A DNA stretch of 64,000 nt. It comes from Tubiluchus corallicola. Its lineage: Eukaryota > Animalia > Priapulida. Position 1 is the stretch's first letter. Each line of letters opens with the position of its first letter. The stretch is from assembly GCA_030141605.1 (NCBI GenBank), contig JAQGDQ010000019.1, forward strand, positions 1,116,001 to 1,180,000, given 5' to 3'. The notes beneath the pieces were generated by a model, which worked only from the letters and a program-made list of their open reading frames with translations, ran no database searches and was not told the DNA's origin. Both the position numbers and the translations under genes were made by a program. Shown here piece after piece: positions 24,101-38,715 of this stretch.

Positions 24101-27100
24101 GTATATATAGTTCCAACTTTTTATTAAGGCCATAGATGATTGCTTGGTAGTGCAAGAACAAATGACTGACTGGAGTATGAGCTGACTTACAAATACAGTA
24201 TAGTTACAGTTAAACAAAAACTTGATAATCTTGACTGCTATAAAATATGCCAATAAAAATAAGTGCGTAAAACATTAATTTCTTGTCGTGTAAGAAATCA
24301 GTTTTTTCGATTATTACGTACAGAGGAAATTTCCATCATTTACCACTGTAGAGCTTTTCCCACCACTTTCCTATAATTTGCCGAATCTAGTTTCCTCGAG
24401 AGCTTTCGTTAACTGACATTTTAGGAAATTCATCCAAGTCCATTTCTCGATTGAGTCGCGCAAGCTGTCATTATTCAAGCTAAGGAAGTTGGATGACCGT
24501 AAATTGTTGCATGTGTCAGACGTTTAAGATTGTGCGTGAGTTAGTGATGAAAATGTCACATTGTTAAAAACGCATTCGTGAAGTACTGAAGTTAAATCAA
24601 GTTCGTTGTTAGGTATTTTTGAAATGAATTCTAAGGTTGTAGTTGCATGCTCTAATTGTTTGTAAATTTTCTTCTACACTGTACTCCAGAGCATCAATAA
24701 TTCAGGCTCGATTAAAACCAACGTAAATCTATTTTGTTGTTGTATTAATGTGTAAAACAATTATACATTGCTACAAATCACTAATTGCATTATGTTTTTC
24801 TAACATATTTATCGACTAACTGTAACGATTGATAAATAGTTGTCTATTGACCTGAGCGCTTTTTTTCTTTTCATGTAAATTTTGGCGTAAATGGATTGTA
24901 CCAACGTCTATGTATATAGACTATGACTACCACGTCTATGTACGATTCGCCTATATATAGGTGAATCGAATTTACTCTGTTTCATGATTTCGTGTTAGTT
25001 ATATTTTATCAAACCAAGATGATTAGGTACGTCTGTTCGATACTTGACAGTGTTTAATTTGTAGCAGTTATGCATGCACCGAACGTTAGCATTTGCCCGT
25101 GTTTTTACCTGCAACGTAATTTTCTCACCTGTATGACAGAGTGTAATTGTAGGTTCGGTCTCTAAATAATTACAGTTCTAAGTTTCTAGCCAGGTAAATG
25201 GTTGTGGGAGTGTGTGAAACAGCGACTTCATTCCACCAAAATCACACGATTACAATGCTAATCAGAAAGAATTTTCAAAAGCGAGTACTGCGTATTACAG
25301 TAGTTATTTTACTGATTTTATATCGCAATTTGTGAAAAGTCACTTGTTATGCAAGTTCAGGCAACCATTCTTGCACACCTTCTGTGAACTTATGGTATTA
25401 TATATACGCAGAGACAAATGTTAGTTATATATTTTAATTCTCAGCATTCTAATTACACTTATCTTCTTCCTACTTTATTACCTTTCTTTTGTTAGTATCT
25501 ATACATTAATATATTAATATATATTAATTTCTACTTCTATATCTGTATTATACATATATAGTTGCAAACGTAGGTTTTATTTCATTTGCATCTCTGACGT
25601 TATATAATTATTATAAAAAAGTCTGTGCTCTGATCAGCAGCCAGATGTGAAGTTAAAGAATGTCATGATTGGGTAGCAAATGGATGGACGACAGTTGTGA
25701 TCAACAGAAAAATATCTCGTCTTCCTCAGTCAGTATGTGTCGTCTGCGCCTCTTGTTCACACTGAAGTCGTCAGCAGAAGTAGGAGAGTTCACACTGAAC
25801 TTGTCTAATATTTGAAAATCTAAATAAGAAAATACCTCTATTTTGTTTATGCCACAACTTTCCCATGCCCCTGCCTCAATATACATCATCTGTTTCTTAC
25901 GCACATGGAAGTCGTCAGCAAGAAAGTGTTGGCCATATGTCAGAGAATCGCTTTCAATAGAGATTGGCGTTTTTATTACAAAGACAAATGAATTTCTTTT
26001 ATTTACCCGTTATAAGCGATACATTATCCATCTAATGAATATGATTTTGTTTTTCGCCGGACGATATGTGATTTAAGAAAGAAGATAAACTTACCCTCAA
26101 CCTAATGTAATTCATTGATTAGAGCATGAACAATTAACATATACCGTATTAGTATATCTTATAGGCCGTGCTAGAAGCATACAACAAAACTCGGTTTACA
26201 AAGGTCATTTACTTTTCGGCCTTTACTTTATTTTTTAGGGCAAATGTGCTCATCTGTATGCAGTTTGTCTTTAAATTTCCCACGGCCACGAGCTTTGACT
26301 GATTAATTTAAATTATTTCTAATCTATTTACAGTACGCCCTTCTGCAGACTGCAGATTTCTTTGAGCCTATGAAGTTCACTTGACCGTTTCATCTGACTG
26401 ATGCACGGCTTTGATTATATCCTCATCCCATAGCCTCACCTAAGATGCATTTGGAAACACTACTTTCCAACAGAAGAATTAATGTACTCATCTTTAGCAG
26501 ATCTATTCCCTAAAGGAGTCTAATCAGATACCAATACTTACTAGTGTTGATGGATTTATATCTTTCGACACATGTGTCTTCTTTGTATTTTATTCAGACA
26601 TCTGTAAGAGGTTTATCTTGTTGAGTGAGGAAAATGATGATCGTTTTGTGTAAGGTATGAATTTCCCCCTATTTTGTAATTTGGTTAAGATGTTTTTGCA
26701 TTAATGTTTCAGGCAATTGCTTTTTGGAATTCTTTGAAGAGATAAAGGCTCATGCACTTTTCAATGTTACTTGGATGCTTGATTGACTAACATTACTTGA
26801 TTACTGCTCCTAGAAGTACTAAATTTACTGTGTATGTAGCTCTCCGAATTCTCCCCGCCCTTTACATCTGGACTTCTACATTTATTCTGATCGCCCAGGT
26901 TTTTTTCAAACTTGACAAATTCGAAAGTGCACCACTTTCACTTGTTCCACGCTTCTGCTTACAGCACCCTTACCTGTATTTTTTCATTTTCTATTTATAT
27001 TCGGAATCGTTCATTTTAGATCGTTTCTTTGTTTCCTTTTGCGAAACTCGTTTATTTTTCGTATTCTTCGATATTGCATTGACGCCAAAAAAATTTCTCT

Positions 27101-29920
27101 CACATCCACAACACACACACGCTGAGCGCAAGCTACTTCTTTGTGTAAACACGGCCACCTTCAAACTTTTAAGGAGTAATACTGTTTGACTTCACTCCAT
27201 CATGAAACTAAAGATAAAAGACGTGTAGTGGAACTCTGTGTAGTGTGTAGTGCTGCTCTGTTTGAATGTCAGAATGAAAACTGGATTTTTGAAATGTATG
27301 ATTCAGAAAGTTTCCAGATCTGTAGCTTTTGTATATATACTTTTCAGTAAAGGACTTCTGAGTGTCTTTCACGTTTGAAAAGATTGCATACTACATGTTT
27401 AAATCTGCTTAATATGTATATTGAATCTAGAAATCATTTAATTTTTAAAATTCGCTTCAGTAGCTGCACGCAGATTCTTCCAAAATTTTGATGAATGTCA
27501 AAAGATATGAATAATTATAAGATTCTGTGTGCCTCTTGTATGGTCGTCCTTTGAACAACCTATTTAGTTGAAGCCAAATGGAACGCGGAAAGCAACTTTT
27601 CGTTTTCCACTTGGCTTCCGTGTATACAGCACATATTAGGATACATATCATGACTGTATTGTTGATTTCCCATTTTAGTGGCGTTTTTTTTTTGTTTTTA
27701 TAATAATTTAAATAAAATGAAAAGAATCAAAGCTGTTAGTGCCCGTACTGAAGCACTATATGGGCTCGAAATATACGCTTTCCAATGATTACAGAATACG
27801 TTCTACTTTATTACTACATGTAAAACTTAGATTAAACACGATTAGTGCGTTTATAACACATTTATTATGGTTCCCACTCCATGTTGGGATTAGTCTTTTC
27901 AGAGTGCACATAACACATCTCAGTTGAAAAGTGCTTTGGTTCTGCGGACTGGTCGTTCTGTTTTTCTACCCTCGTTCAGATGACTTTATCAACAGTGTTT
28001 AGCCACAGTAACGAGGCAGAGTGTTTTGTCAGAGATTTTCCCGTAGCTTGAACGAGAATTCCTCCCCAAAGGTTAACAAACTGGCACATTGAAGAATAGT
28101 CACTATAACAACATTGCTGCTCTAACGACTGTCTGAAATGGAAAATATCTTGTCGCAACATTGTGTATTGTGGATTGATTGGTGATTCGTATATACACAG
28201 CAAGATCCAAGGAGTGCTTCTTCTTAAATTACTCGCGTGATATATAAGTATGACACTAAATTACGCCATCGGTTTGGAATGTATACGTTTTGGTGTATAG
28301 TGAGATTTCTAGTCACTTGTTAATTAAAAGCGTGATACGTGTACATGCAATATAATTATACCAGAATCTTGAAATCAATGATATACAGGCTACACTACGT
28401 CAACCGTTGAAAATAAACTAAATTGCACATGTATGAGTCTACGCTCAAAATTTAGCATCAAATTAAAATTAATTAGTTCAGTTATTACATCGTCAGTGTC
28501 TTCCATCACCTCACTGCTATCAAGCTTTTTTTGGAAAAGATCCTAAAAGTATTGATATCAACATCTTATTTTCACTAGTTACTGCATAAATACATAGTAT
28601 CTTAAATCTTAAACTAAAGTTTTGTTATTTAGAATTTTCGTCTTTTGGCCCAGCAGGTTTTTAGAAACTTATGAGAACTTGTCACGTGTGTCAGTATGCA
28701 CCTTGTTTTCTTGCCTCTGAATCAGAAAGACAGGAGGTAACAACGTAGTTTCATCTCGTTTATCATAGTCTTGTCAGTTTAGCTAACACGCCTAAGCCTT
28801 CTGTCGGCTGTGAAGCCGTAATTTAACCTCAGTTTGAAGAAACTGTTGAAAGAAGATTACTCGCATGGCTATATCAATGAACACATGTACCAGGAAATAT
28901 CGCCAGGTAATGACATGCAAAGAAACTCACGGTAAGAGCCGATTAGTTGTGCTGTGTGGAAGGTTCCACTTCTACATTTACCTCGATGTTAAATGCGTGC
29001 AACCTGTAGCAGTATTCGGTCAGTTTACAATTACGATTCAGTTCCTCCTATGGCTTTCAGTTTTCTTCAATTTTCTTCACGCAAATATAGTATTTAGGCA
29101 CTGTAACATAGGGGTCACAGATCAAAACGTTACAAGTTGTTATTCAATGTGAATCCTAACACTGCGAGATTCAGCAAGAGTAAAATTATGGCATTCAGAC
29201 AAAAGGCTGACTTCATTATAAGTTCTAATTCTGTTACCACTGTTTACAAAATCCATTTACTGATCACATCAGAAACATTGTTAATGAGCTATCATGTATC
29301 CTCATTTACTGTCATATATGCTTAATTGCTTATGACTGATCCCAGTTCTGTTCAAGTTGCATTACATATTTGAATATGAGTAAATTAATTTTTACCAATA
29401 CATAATAATTAGTGTTTTTAGCATTCTGCCATCCCTTTCCGTCTGTTACATTCCTCGTTGCCGTACTAGTTTGTCTTTGAGAGTATCTGTTTCACTACAT
29501 TGCGTCTGCGTATATGCATCACGTAAGCCATTTAAAGAAAAAAGCTGTTGTGTTTATTACACCTTTTCGCTAAACATTGTAATCAGATTTGGGTAGTTGC
29601 ATTACACGAACAGCAGTTGAAGGAAATGGAATTGCCGTCTAGCAGACGGGTGCCCATACACTATGTAATTCAATCGTGTCACTTCTGTAATTAAACTTAA
29701 ATTAACGAAAGAGAGACGTCGCTTTGTCATTTGGAATGATATTATAGTTTCATTGCATGTTTATTTGCATTGCAGTGCTGCCAATGCAGTGAATATGCTG
29801 ATTTGATGTCGCTGTTGTTGTCGTCGTTATTGTAGTCATTGTCGGCTTGTCGCTGTTGTAATCTAACAGAGTTGACATACTTTCAGCATTACATTATTAA
29901 TTCAACTTAAAAAGAGAAAG

Positions 29921-29926
<6 letters not shown>

Positions 29927-30016
<90 letters not shown>
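29927..30016 (+). repeat. (GA)n microsatellite
   Basis: About 45 perfect GA units. Confidence 0.98.
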
Positions 30017-30018
<2 letters not shown>

Positions 30019-33000
30019 CATGTTTTTGTGTACAGATCATTACTCCATGTTATCAGTCAATTCAAAGTCATTTAACGTGTAAAGGTTTTATTCAGTTCTG
30101 AAAAATAATGTCAACTTCGACCAAATTTTATAATATATAATAATACTCTTGGGCAAGACTGGTGAAGATTTTCGGCAATGGATTGAATTGGTCAGCGCCA
30201 CCCATACGAAAATGCAAGTACAATGCTCCCGTGTGTTCACAAAGCATCAGACTCTTGTTTTTGATACAGCTTGCGTTAAACAGGCGCCACTAGCCTTCCC
30301 ATTCGCGTAACTATTATGTAAAGTGCAACTGGTATAAATTTTATCATCCTTCTCGGTAGCTTCGGCACTAAACTACGGATAAAATAGGTCAATTCAATTA
30401 GAGCATTGTGACTGTTGTCTTACTAAGTCTTCTTAACCATGTATTCACAACAGTTGACATTCCCAGAGGCCTGATTGGCGGATGCAGAATATGATCACAA
30501 GAAGTTACTTTTGCAAATTTATGTTATATTACTTAATTTCAACGAGAGCAATGTTTCGGTACATCATCCAGAGTTCAAGCATATTTCACATGACATATAG
30601 GGCAGGGTAGCTCTGGTCTTTTACTGTAAGGAATGTAGCTTTTAGGTGTGGGACTTTTGGTGTAGACACGCACCTGCTTGGAAACCACTACATTGCCGTG
30701 AAGCCAACTGCGGCTTGCTTCTAAGTAAATCCAGTCTATTGTGTCTAATTTAGCCAATAATGCAATGGTTATGTAGAGTTATTGACGCGCCTACCCTTAA
30801 TCTATGGTTGTGTAGATTAATGTAGAGCTCTTATTGATCATTTACTACTTCTCGTACACACATATATAATCGCCAAAGAACGCGTCACGGTTAATGCAAG
30901 AGATTCTAGCTGGTATTTTCCTCTAATTAGAGGAGCGTTTGCTTTGATGTGCACTAATTTACGTATCTGCGTCCGTCAAAGTTTATGGAAAAATCCAGCC
31001 AATATGGCGATTCTTGAAAACACAGTATTAAATATTGCCGTGCATGCATGTTGTCTTGTGTAGGAGTATAGGACAGCATTGATCGTCAAAACATCATTTT
31101 GCTTCAAACACATTTTGTTCCAAACAGGGAAATATATTTACATTATCATATCAGAGATTTCAGCTCTTATCATTTGACTATTTGTGTGCAGTTTCTACTC
31201 TCGTTCAGGTGTGGCCACCTGCCCACACATGAAGACCCTCCATGTGAGTCCCTGTGAAAAACTAACAGCCAAACTGGCTCTTTGTGATTTTATTTGAACA
31301 TTGCAGGCATTGCTTGGTTGGCATGCACGTAGAACGTCGACGTTACACTTTAGAATTAGTAATTCATCACTGAAGGCTGAAATTTTTTTATCCCCTTCTT
31401 GCTAGAGTTTCTTCAGAGACAGAGGGAGGATTGACCTCATCAGCCAGAAAGCGTGAAAGTTATATAATAACATTTGCATGATATTTCGGTTGAATAACTT
31501 GAATATCTAAATATATTTATCACATTTCAGCTAATTAGCGCCATATCACAAAAATTGTCTTATACCTTTACTACGTTGTTTTACATATACTAGTACACGT
31601 GTACCTTTACTTTCGCGGTCCCACTTTCGCGCTATTCGTCGTTTCTCTCTGTACTCTAGAAAATGTGATCCATAGTCATTTTGGCCGTGTTGCATGAGCT
31701 AGCTCTGTTGCCTCTGCATAGCGAAAGACAGATTCCTCCCTAAACTGCATTCAAACTCAGCCGAGTCAGCACTATCTAAAGTTCATTTTGCTTTGAAAAA
31801 TCACACAGAATATAACTCTGTGCGACCTCAATAGCATTCCCTCAATGTCAGAAGAAAAAAGCCCGATGTTTTATTGGCCTTTTGTAGTTTTGCAAATTCA
31901 TCATCAATGTTTTCAGATGGATACTGAATAAGAATGATAAACAGTACGCCGTAGTATATTGATCTAGAAGCCTAGCTTTGCGGATAATGCTGTCATACGG
32001 TTATTTCCTTCCTCATATAAATTGAAAAAATAAATTCGCCGGCTTCTCTTCGATTGATGGATATTCATATTGGCATTCAGTTGTGTAAGTAGTTTGTAAC
32101 ATATTGATTTTCGTCTGTGGAATATTGCTGTCATTAGTCGTTTATAGTTAAAACAATTTCTTTCCAGTTATCGTAGCATCACATTTTTTACACGCTCAGC
32201 ACATTCAGCACAGTTTACGGATGTTGTACAATGTACCTAGTCGACTTAACTTGTTGTGGAATTAGTATTTCATGCCATAGCTTTGAAGTTACGCAAAACC
32301 GTAAAAAGTCTAATACAATTTTCAGTAAATAAAATAAAGAATTTTTAGCTTGCATTGGATATACTGTATATGAATTAGACGTATTAGTTACTATAATGTA
32401 TAACCTATATTATAATATTAACTCGCCGTTTGTTCGGTATTAATGTACGAACGTTGGATTTGTGGGCATTGTATGTGCATTTGGTACAAAGACGAATTAA
32501 GACGAAATAACCACAGTACATTGAGAAGAATCTCATGGACGCTTACTGAAAGGGACTAATTTTACTTAAAGTTTATTAATCAGCTTAGAAACTACCCTCT
32601 TGTTATTTGTTTATCAAACTTCCCTGTTTATCAAACCAAGCGCAGGAGTTCCAAAGTTTCCAAACAGTCGAACTGCAAGATACGAGCTCTCTCACCTCTA
32701 CATGTAAGCAAGCAAGTCTCATTATAGGGGTGCAAGTTTGTAAGGCGGCATATTTGCACCCAACTGGCATCAGTTTCATGCAAAAAGATCTTACCAACAC
32801 ATTGAAAAATAATATAGCAGGACAAGAAGAGTTGTAGAGCACAGGATGATATACAAGCTGACAACGTGAGTTAGCAGTTTGGAGTGTATTGATAGTTTTT
32901 GTAAAGTACTTATTAGTAAACAGGTCAATACACTCAGTCACTTCCCAGGTATAGTCAGATATTGTCCATGATCGCTTTAAAACTATCTGCATGCCTCGTT

Positions 33001-34429
33001 AAACTCAAGCTGTCGATGGCGGCTACCTTCATTCCCAAGATATGATCTTCAGTTATCAGTTTCTTCTTTAACCATTGGAGATCGTGAAAATCATTATTAA
33101 GAATCCCTTCAAACGATTCTCGGGTATTACTGCGGCTTGCTTTGGTTTTAAACTGCAGATGGATTATAGGCAAACAATGAGCTTATCTTTACCATCAAAG
33201 CGATTTTCTAGACAGCTCTGTCACGCCGTTTTTATGAAGTGGCTGGCGGATAGTTGAAATTTGGGAATATTGTGCACTCACATGCACACGCTACATCCCC
33301 GTGTAAGTTTGAGCCTTAGCCACTGACGCCAGGGGACTGCTGCCATTCCTTGGATTTGAAGTGCAAAAATAAATTTTAAATAAATACCATTATTACGTTA
33401 CATCATTCCATTACCAAGAATACTGGGCGGTCAGATGCGTCTAGATATCAGCCATGTTCATGTATCTGTATCTTCCCTCAGCGAGGTAAATACTGTGGAG
33501 CAGGCCAGATGCGATTTTGATGGCCGCTACCGTAGATTTTCTGATCCAGTTCGGCATTTCCTAAACTCTGGTTGACAGGCACGCACTGTAACCAGTCGAT
33601 TAGTTCCATAATACCGGTCGACGATACTATACCTTTTTTGACACAAGTCATTTTCAAACCAACAAAACCAAATTTTTTTGTTTGAGTGTGACCTGTGGAT
33701 GTGTCTTTAACTGAAATTAAATGTGTGATGCAATGTATCATAAAATCGAACTCGTAATAACTGAATGTCATTTAAACTTACTAAAATTGTTCAACGGAAA
33801 TTGAGGCTAGATCCTAAAGGCTAAGCCAAACTTTGGTGTGTAAAAGTATGTTGTCTGATTTCATTGTTTTCATTTCGAATAACATCGTTTGCCATCTTCT
33901 GGATGTTGCGAAAAATCTATTTAGTGGCTTTGTTGTGCGACGAAAAATTATTCCCAAATTGAAATAATTTCCGATTGCCTGAAACGAAATTCGATTCTGT
34001 TTTAGCGTTCACCAATTATCTGCCATTTGTATTGCATTCAATTGCCCTGCTTGTGGGGTCGGCAGCTTTATATATGGGGCGTTAGAAATTGATTCTATAC
34101 TTTCCCTATTAAAATCTGAGTAACCACACAGGGTACTGAAGAACAACTGTCAAATGATGCTTTAAACCTATATTACACACAGTCTTTTCGCGCACAGTTA
34201 GCTTAATTTGCGGTTTATTGTAAGTATCCGAACTGAATCTGCCACTGGGAAAAATTACGATGCAGCCACGTATTATTTTGTGAATTTGAGATTTCGCGAT
34301 CATCTTACTCTATGGCAAAGATTGAGCCAACGCCAATTACAGGAACGATTTTAATATTTTACGAACTGATTGATTCAAAGTTTTTTCAAATGATTTCTTT
34401 TCGTTCTTGAATTTTGCAAAAGTCTGTGA

Positions 34430-34483
34430 GTCTTAACCATAGATTTAAATGTCAAACGTGGCATTTAAATTTATGGTCTTAAC
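34430..34483. mobile_element. 38-bp TIR-only mini-element with 8-bp target-site duplication
   Basis: GTCTTAAC (34430-34437) + CATAGATTTAAATGTCA-AACG-TGGCATTTAAATTTATG (34438-34475) + GTCTTAAC (34476-34483). Confidence 0.65.
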
Positions 34484-37400
34484 TGTTTTTCAGATGTTTT
34501 TAAGACTTTCAAAAATTCGAAGTTGTGTTGTGTTTTTCCTTTTTTCAGTGTATTGCTCTTGCGAGAAATCGACTGTGTAGAATATAAACCCTGAAATAGG
34601 AATTGATCATTATTGTGGAAATTTATACTATAGAATAATAATAATTTTTACGCTACATAGTACCTCAACTTTTGTAGTCTGAAGGTGTTAGAATCAATTT
34701 AATTTGATCCACTGGTGATTATTTTAGCATTTACAGTAGTACAAACATTTGTTTCCGTTTTCTGCAAACTGTATAAGGTTTCCTTTTCTTTGCGGTCGTT
34801 TCTCATTTCACCCCTCTGTTTCAAAATAACCGTCATCTCATTTACTCGGGAGAAGGCCATCAAACGAGCCAGGTGCGACAATAGGGCGCCTCGCTGTTAT
34901 TAACAGAGGTCGTCTGTCTTTACTCACCGCTGAGTCAGGAGCTGTCAGATTCATGAGCGACGTGGAAGCACTGAGACGAGCCATCGAAGAAACAGGTCTG
35001 CACCTTATTCTTCGAATGACTGGCTTGGCTATGTGTTTGTGAAATTGAAAAATGAAATTATTTATTCCAAAGTAGGGTCTGAGATTATAAAGTTACGCTG
35101 TAAACTAAACTGTATAAGCTTTTTGAAGTACAAGTGATTTAATTGCATATCTGAGTGTTCAAAGAGTGGGCTTAACGACGGAAGCTACGCATCTTTGACA
35201 CTGGTTAATAAATGAATGGACGACCGCCAAGAAACGTTTTCTGGGCAGTTTCGTCTTCCATTTTGCATTCAGCTATTGTCTCGCTGATGGAGGCTGTATG
35301 CATGTGTAAAAGTAACTTGTTGATTTTAATTGGTTCGCTTTGTGATGTATAGTTGAAAATTTTTAGTCTATTTTGATTGTTTATGGTTTCTCCGACCCGG
35401 ATTTCAATTTTAACTTAGCTCTCATGTTAGATACAGAGTCACGAGTTGGATTAAAATTCTAATCTGAATATAAGACGTACAGTTTAACGTTGATCTTCTT
35501 AATTATTTTGTTAGTTATTGTACGCTTAAATTTGAATGCGTTCAAAATTCGACCAGTGCCAAACAAATTTAGTAACGCGGGAAAACTGAACGATGAAGAT
35601 TAAAGACAGCAGTACACAGGAAAACAAATTAGTTTTAACAGGATGCTGAGAGCAATAAACTTGGGTTGTATAGATCGTAAACAGCTGTAATTAATACTTG
35701 GATCTGTTAGCTAACAGGCTCATTTCCGTTTACGACTTTTGTTTCATATCAAATTTTGTTAGCACATTATGCATTATAATCACAGTTAATTGATGATACT
35801 GAATGTTGACCTTGAAATTGGAAATAATTGATCTTCGGTCTGTAATAACATTTTCTGCTCATAAGTTATTTCATAGGTCAACAGCATGTTAAATTAAACT
35901 CGTCTTATAGCATGTTTGAAATGGCTAAATTAAATGTTATGTATTTATGGTCTTCGGTGTACAGAGAATCATTTGGAAGTGTTGATAATGTTTAGAGGAT
36001 ATATTAATTTTAGAGCCTATATTTTCCAATTACGAGTAAGTGAACCGTGCCTGCTTACAGAAGAGCTTATTTAAAACGTCCCTTCACTTTTTAATTTTCA
36101 CTCAGATAGTAGAATTAAAAATTAAGAAATTTATCGGAAAGACTGAGTGAGTAGGAGCTCATCTTGTGTGATATTTCTTTGGTCTGAGGTATTAGTTTTT
36201 AGTTTTAAATAGACACGTGACTGAGTTCCAGCGTGCATTTACTTAGTAATGTAACATAATATGTTAACGTGACGTAGTTTTTACATTCTGATGACGGCTG
36301 CAATGAGCCTCGGCATGATTTGTTATACATATATCAACATATATTATACACGTGTATATTGTGCACGTTCTAAAATTGTATATTAAGTTGTACTAATATT
36401 AGTAAGCGCTAATCAATGCTTTTCTGCTTTTCAACCATTATTCTTAAATTATTCGACCGCCCTGTCGCTTGCTTGTGCATGGTGGCATCGACTCAACACT
36501 GTGCTCGACTCAACAGGGATCTTGTGAAAGAGATACCGGGTTATACCGTGTTCATATTCTTTGTTCTGAATCAGCCATGCGCAACCTGCTGTTTAATCTG
36601 CTCATATAATTAACACAAAAAGCTAGATCTTTCAAAATAAAATTACATTTCACAGGCGCGTTTCAAACCACTCTTCTAAATTACTGCAATTACCCGCGAC
36701 CAGTCTGAGGCTATAAATTGAATTAAAACAGTTCTGACAAATAACGCAGAATCTGATTAAAACATAGCGTTTTATTCTTTTAGCCGTATGCGTCTGGCTT
36801 CCAATTATTAACATGTGATTAAGCTATAGTGCCATATGTATGGAAAGTTTTCGACCTTCGTATTTGAAATTCAGGGTCTATACTAAGAAAAATGTATTAA
36901 ACTCAAGCTTCGGTGCTATTTTCAGAAGGAAAATGGTGAAATGAATGGGTTAACAAATGCATTTTATGACGCGGACGGTTTTAATTTAACTTGCTAATAT
37001 TTTGTAATCGCTGATACCTAAAACGGATGATTTATGCATCATTTCAGCTAACGTTTGCAAAGTTTTGTGACGTCTTGAATAAAATATTAGAAAGTGCGTA
37101 GTTAATGATAATTACGTGCCGCTTTTATGATAAGAACTTTTATGAATTATACATTCACGTATGTATTTCCTTCAGAATCAGATTGGTTTGAGCGTATTTG
37201 AGAAGTTGTAGCCGTCGGGCTTTTCCCAGTGGCGATGGCTTATTCTTTCTAGGGACTGGTTAGACGCTGTGCTTAACCAGTCTTTAGAATTTTAAGCTTT
37301 TCTTTTGGGGATCAATCAACACTGTTAGGTCAGTAAATTCATTAAGTTCTAGAACTATAATTATATTAATATCATTTATTTCAAAACATATCTAATTCAA

Positions 37401-38599
37401 GTCCTTTAACAACAAAAGTACCTTTTTTCACAATGCCAGATCGCTTACATTAGCGAGTAATTGAAAAATTGATATTTTTACTGCAACCAATTTTTACTGC
37501 ACTTGCTTATGGGAAGGAGCTGATACCAAATACAGTCAAGATGCAAGGCCATCTTGGTGGCTTCTGATGGTTTGCTCAAACGTCGTTGAGCAAAAGGAAT
37601 CTTAACAACCACGAGCATTGGTTTTGTAAATTTAGACGCTGTTATCTTCTTGGTGTAAATTTTTTCGGTAAAGAGAGACGACGAGTAATCTATTTTTGCA
37701 CCCAAGATATTTTGCTTTCTTGATTTGTTGATGCCAGAAAGAGACGATCTTTTTGCGTAGGTGTAGAGCACTGATGATAGTGATGCGCATTTCTCTTAAA
37801 ATATATTAGCGATATGCGATTGTCATTGTAAATTGGTCAATGATTTTTTCTGCGTTTGTTTTTAAAATCCTTTATGCTTTTCCAGTACATGCTATATAGT
37901 CGACTTATTGCTAATGCGCAAGCAGTTATTAGTGGGACTATATAATCCCTCACGCCGAGTGTTATTACGCGTCTTGCAAATTGGATCAACTCACATTTAG
38001 CCTAGTTATTATATTGAAGTGTGTGGTTGGGCATACCATATAGGACTGAACATTTCTTTTGCAAGGAAATATAAGCGCCCAAAACGCTGAATATGAACAT
38101 TTTATACCGTTTAACTTTTGCACGACATATTGTTTGCAATATTTTTATATCACATTACAAATTTATATAGAAGACCAGCTGTCCGCTGCTAGAAAGTGTT
38201 AGAAGAACCTATATGTTCCAAAAAGCATAATTGCCGGATGCGGTACCTGAACACAGATTTATACATTATCTAAAATACCACAAGAAGAGACTTTGCTAAA
38301 TTAGCAAATATTATCTCTTGCGTTTTATATGGAATGCTAGCATGTCATTTGTTTTACACGTTGACAGGCGTGCATGTGATTATACGTCATAAAACTGACA
38401 GACGAGCGACAATACGTTAGACTGTCCGTGATAAATTCATCCAAACTACGCTATTCTCCCAGAATGAACAGGTATGTGTGATCATAATTATCATTTGGTT
38501 AGAGCTTTCGAGTGTTGACCTTTATTTTTCTCACCTGTGCACGGAATGGACAAATTTGCATTGGGGCTTTATTGCTCAATGGTCAATCCAGTATGCGGC

Positions 38600-38715
38600 T
38601 AATTTTTCTTTCTGTTTCACTCTCGCTCTCTCTTTGTCACTCCCTCCCTCCCTCTCTCTCTTCCTTTCTCTCTTTCTCTCTCCCTGCCTCGCTCCCTCCC
38701 TGTCTCACTTCCCCC
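38600..38715 (+). repeat. CT-rich low-complexity tract
   Basis: Degenerate (CT)n/(CCCT)n polypyrimidine run. Confidence 0.85.

Noticed and set aside
26797-27189. 130-aa hydrophobic ORF as a membrane protein (also 38478-38781 and 48644-48916)
   Set aside because: The hydrophobicity comes from T-rich or CT-rich low-complexity DNA. Starts are non-ATG and there are no domain motifs.
37478-37771. Further transposase remnants (also 40615-40821 and 59235-59420)
   Set aside because: Only fleeting motif resemblance (e.g. PKKFQNRYYR); cannot be supported without a profile search.
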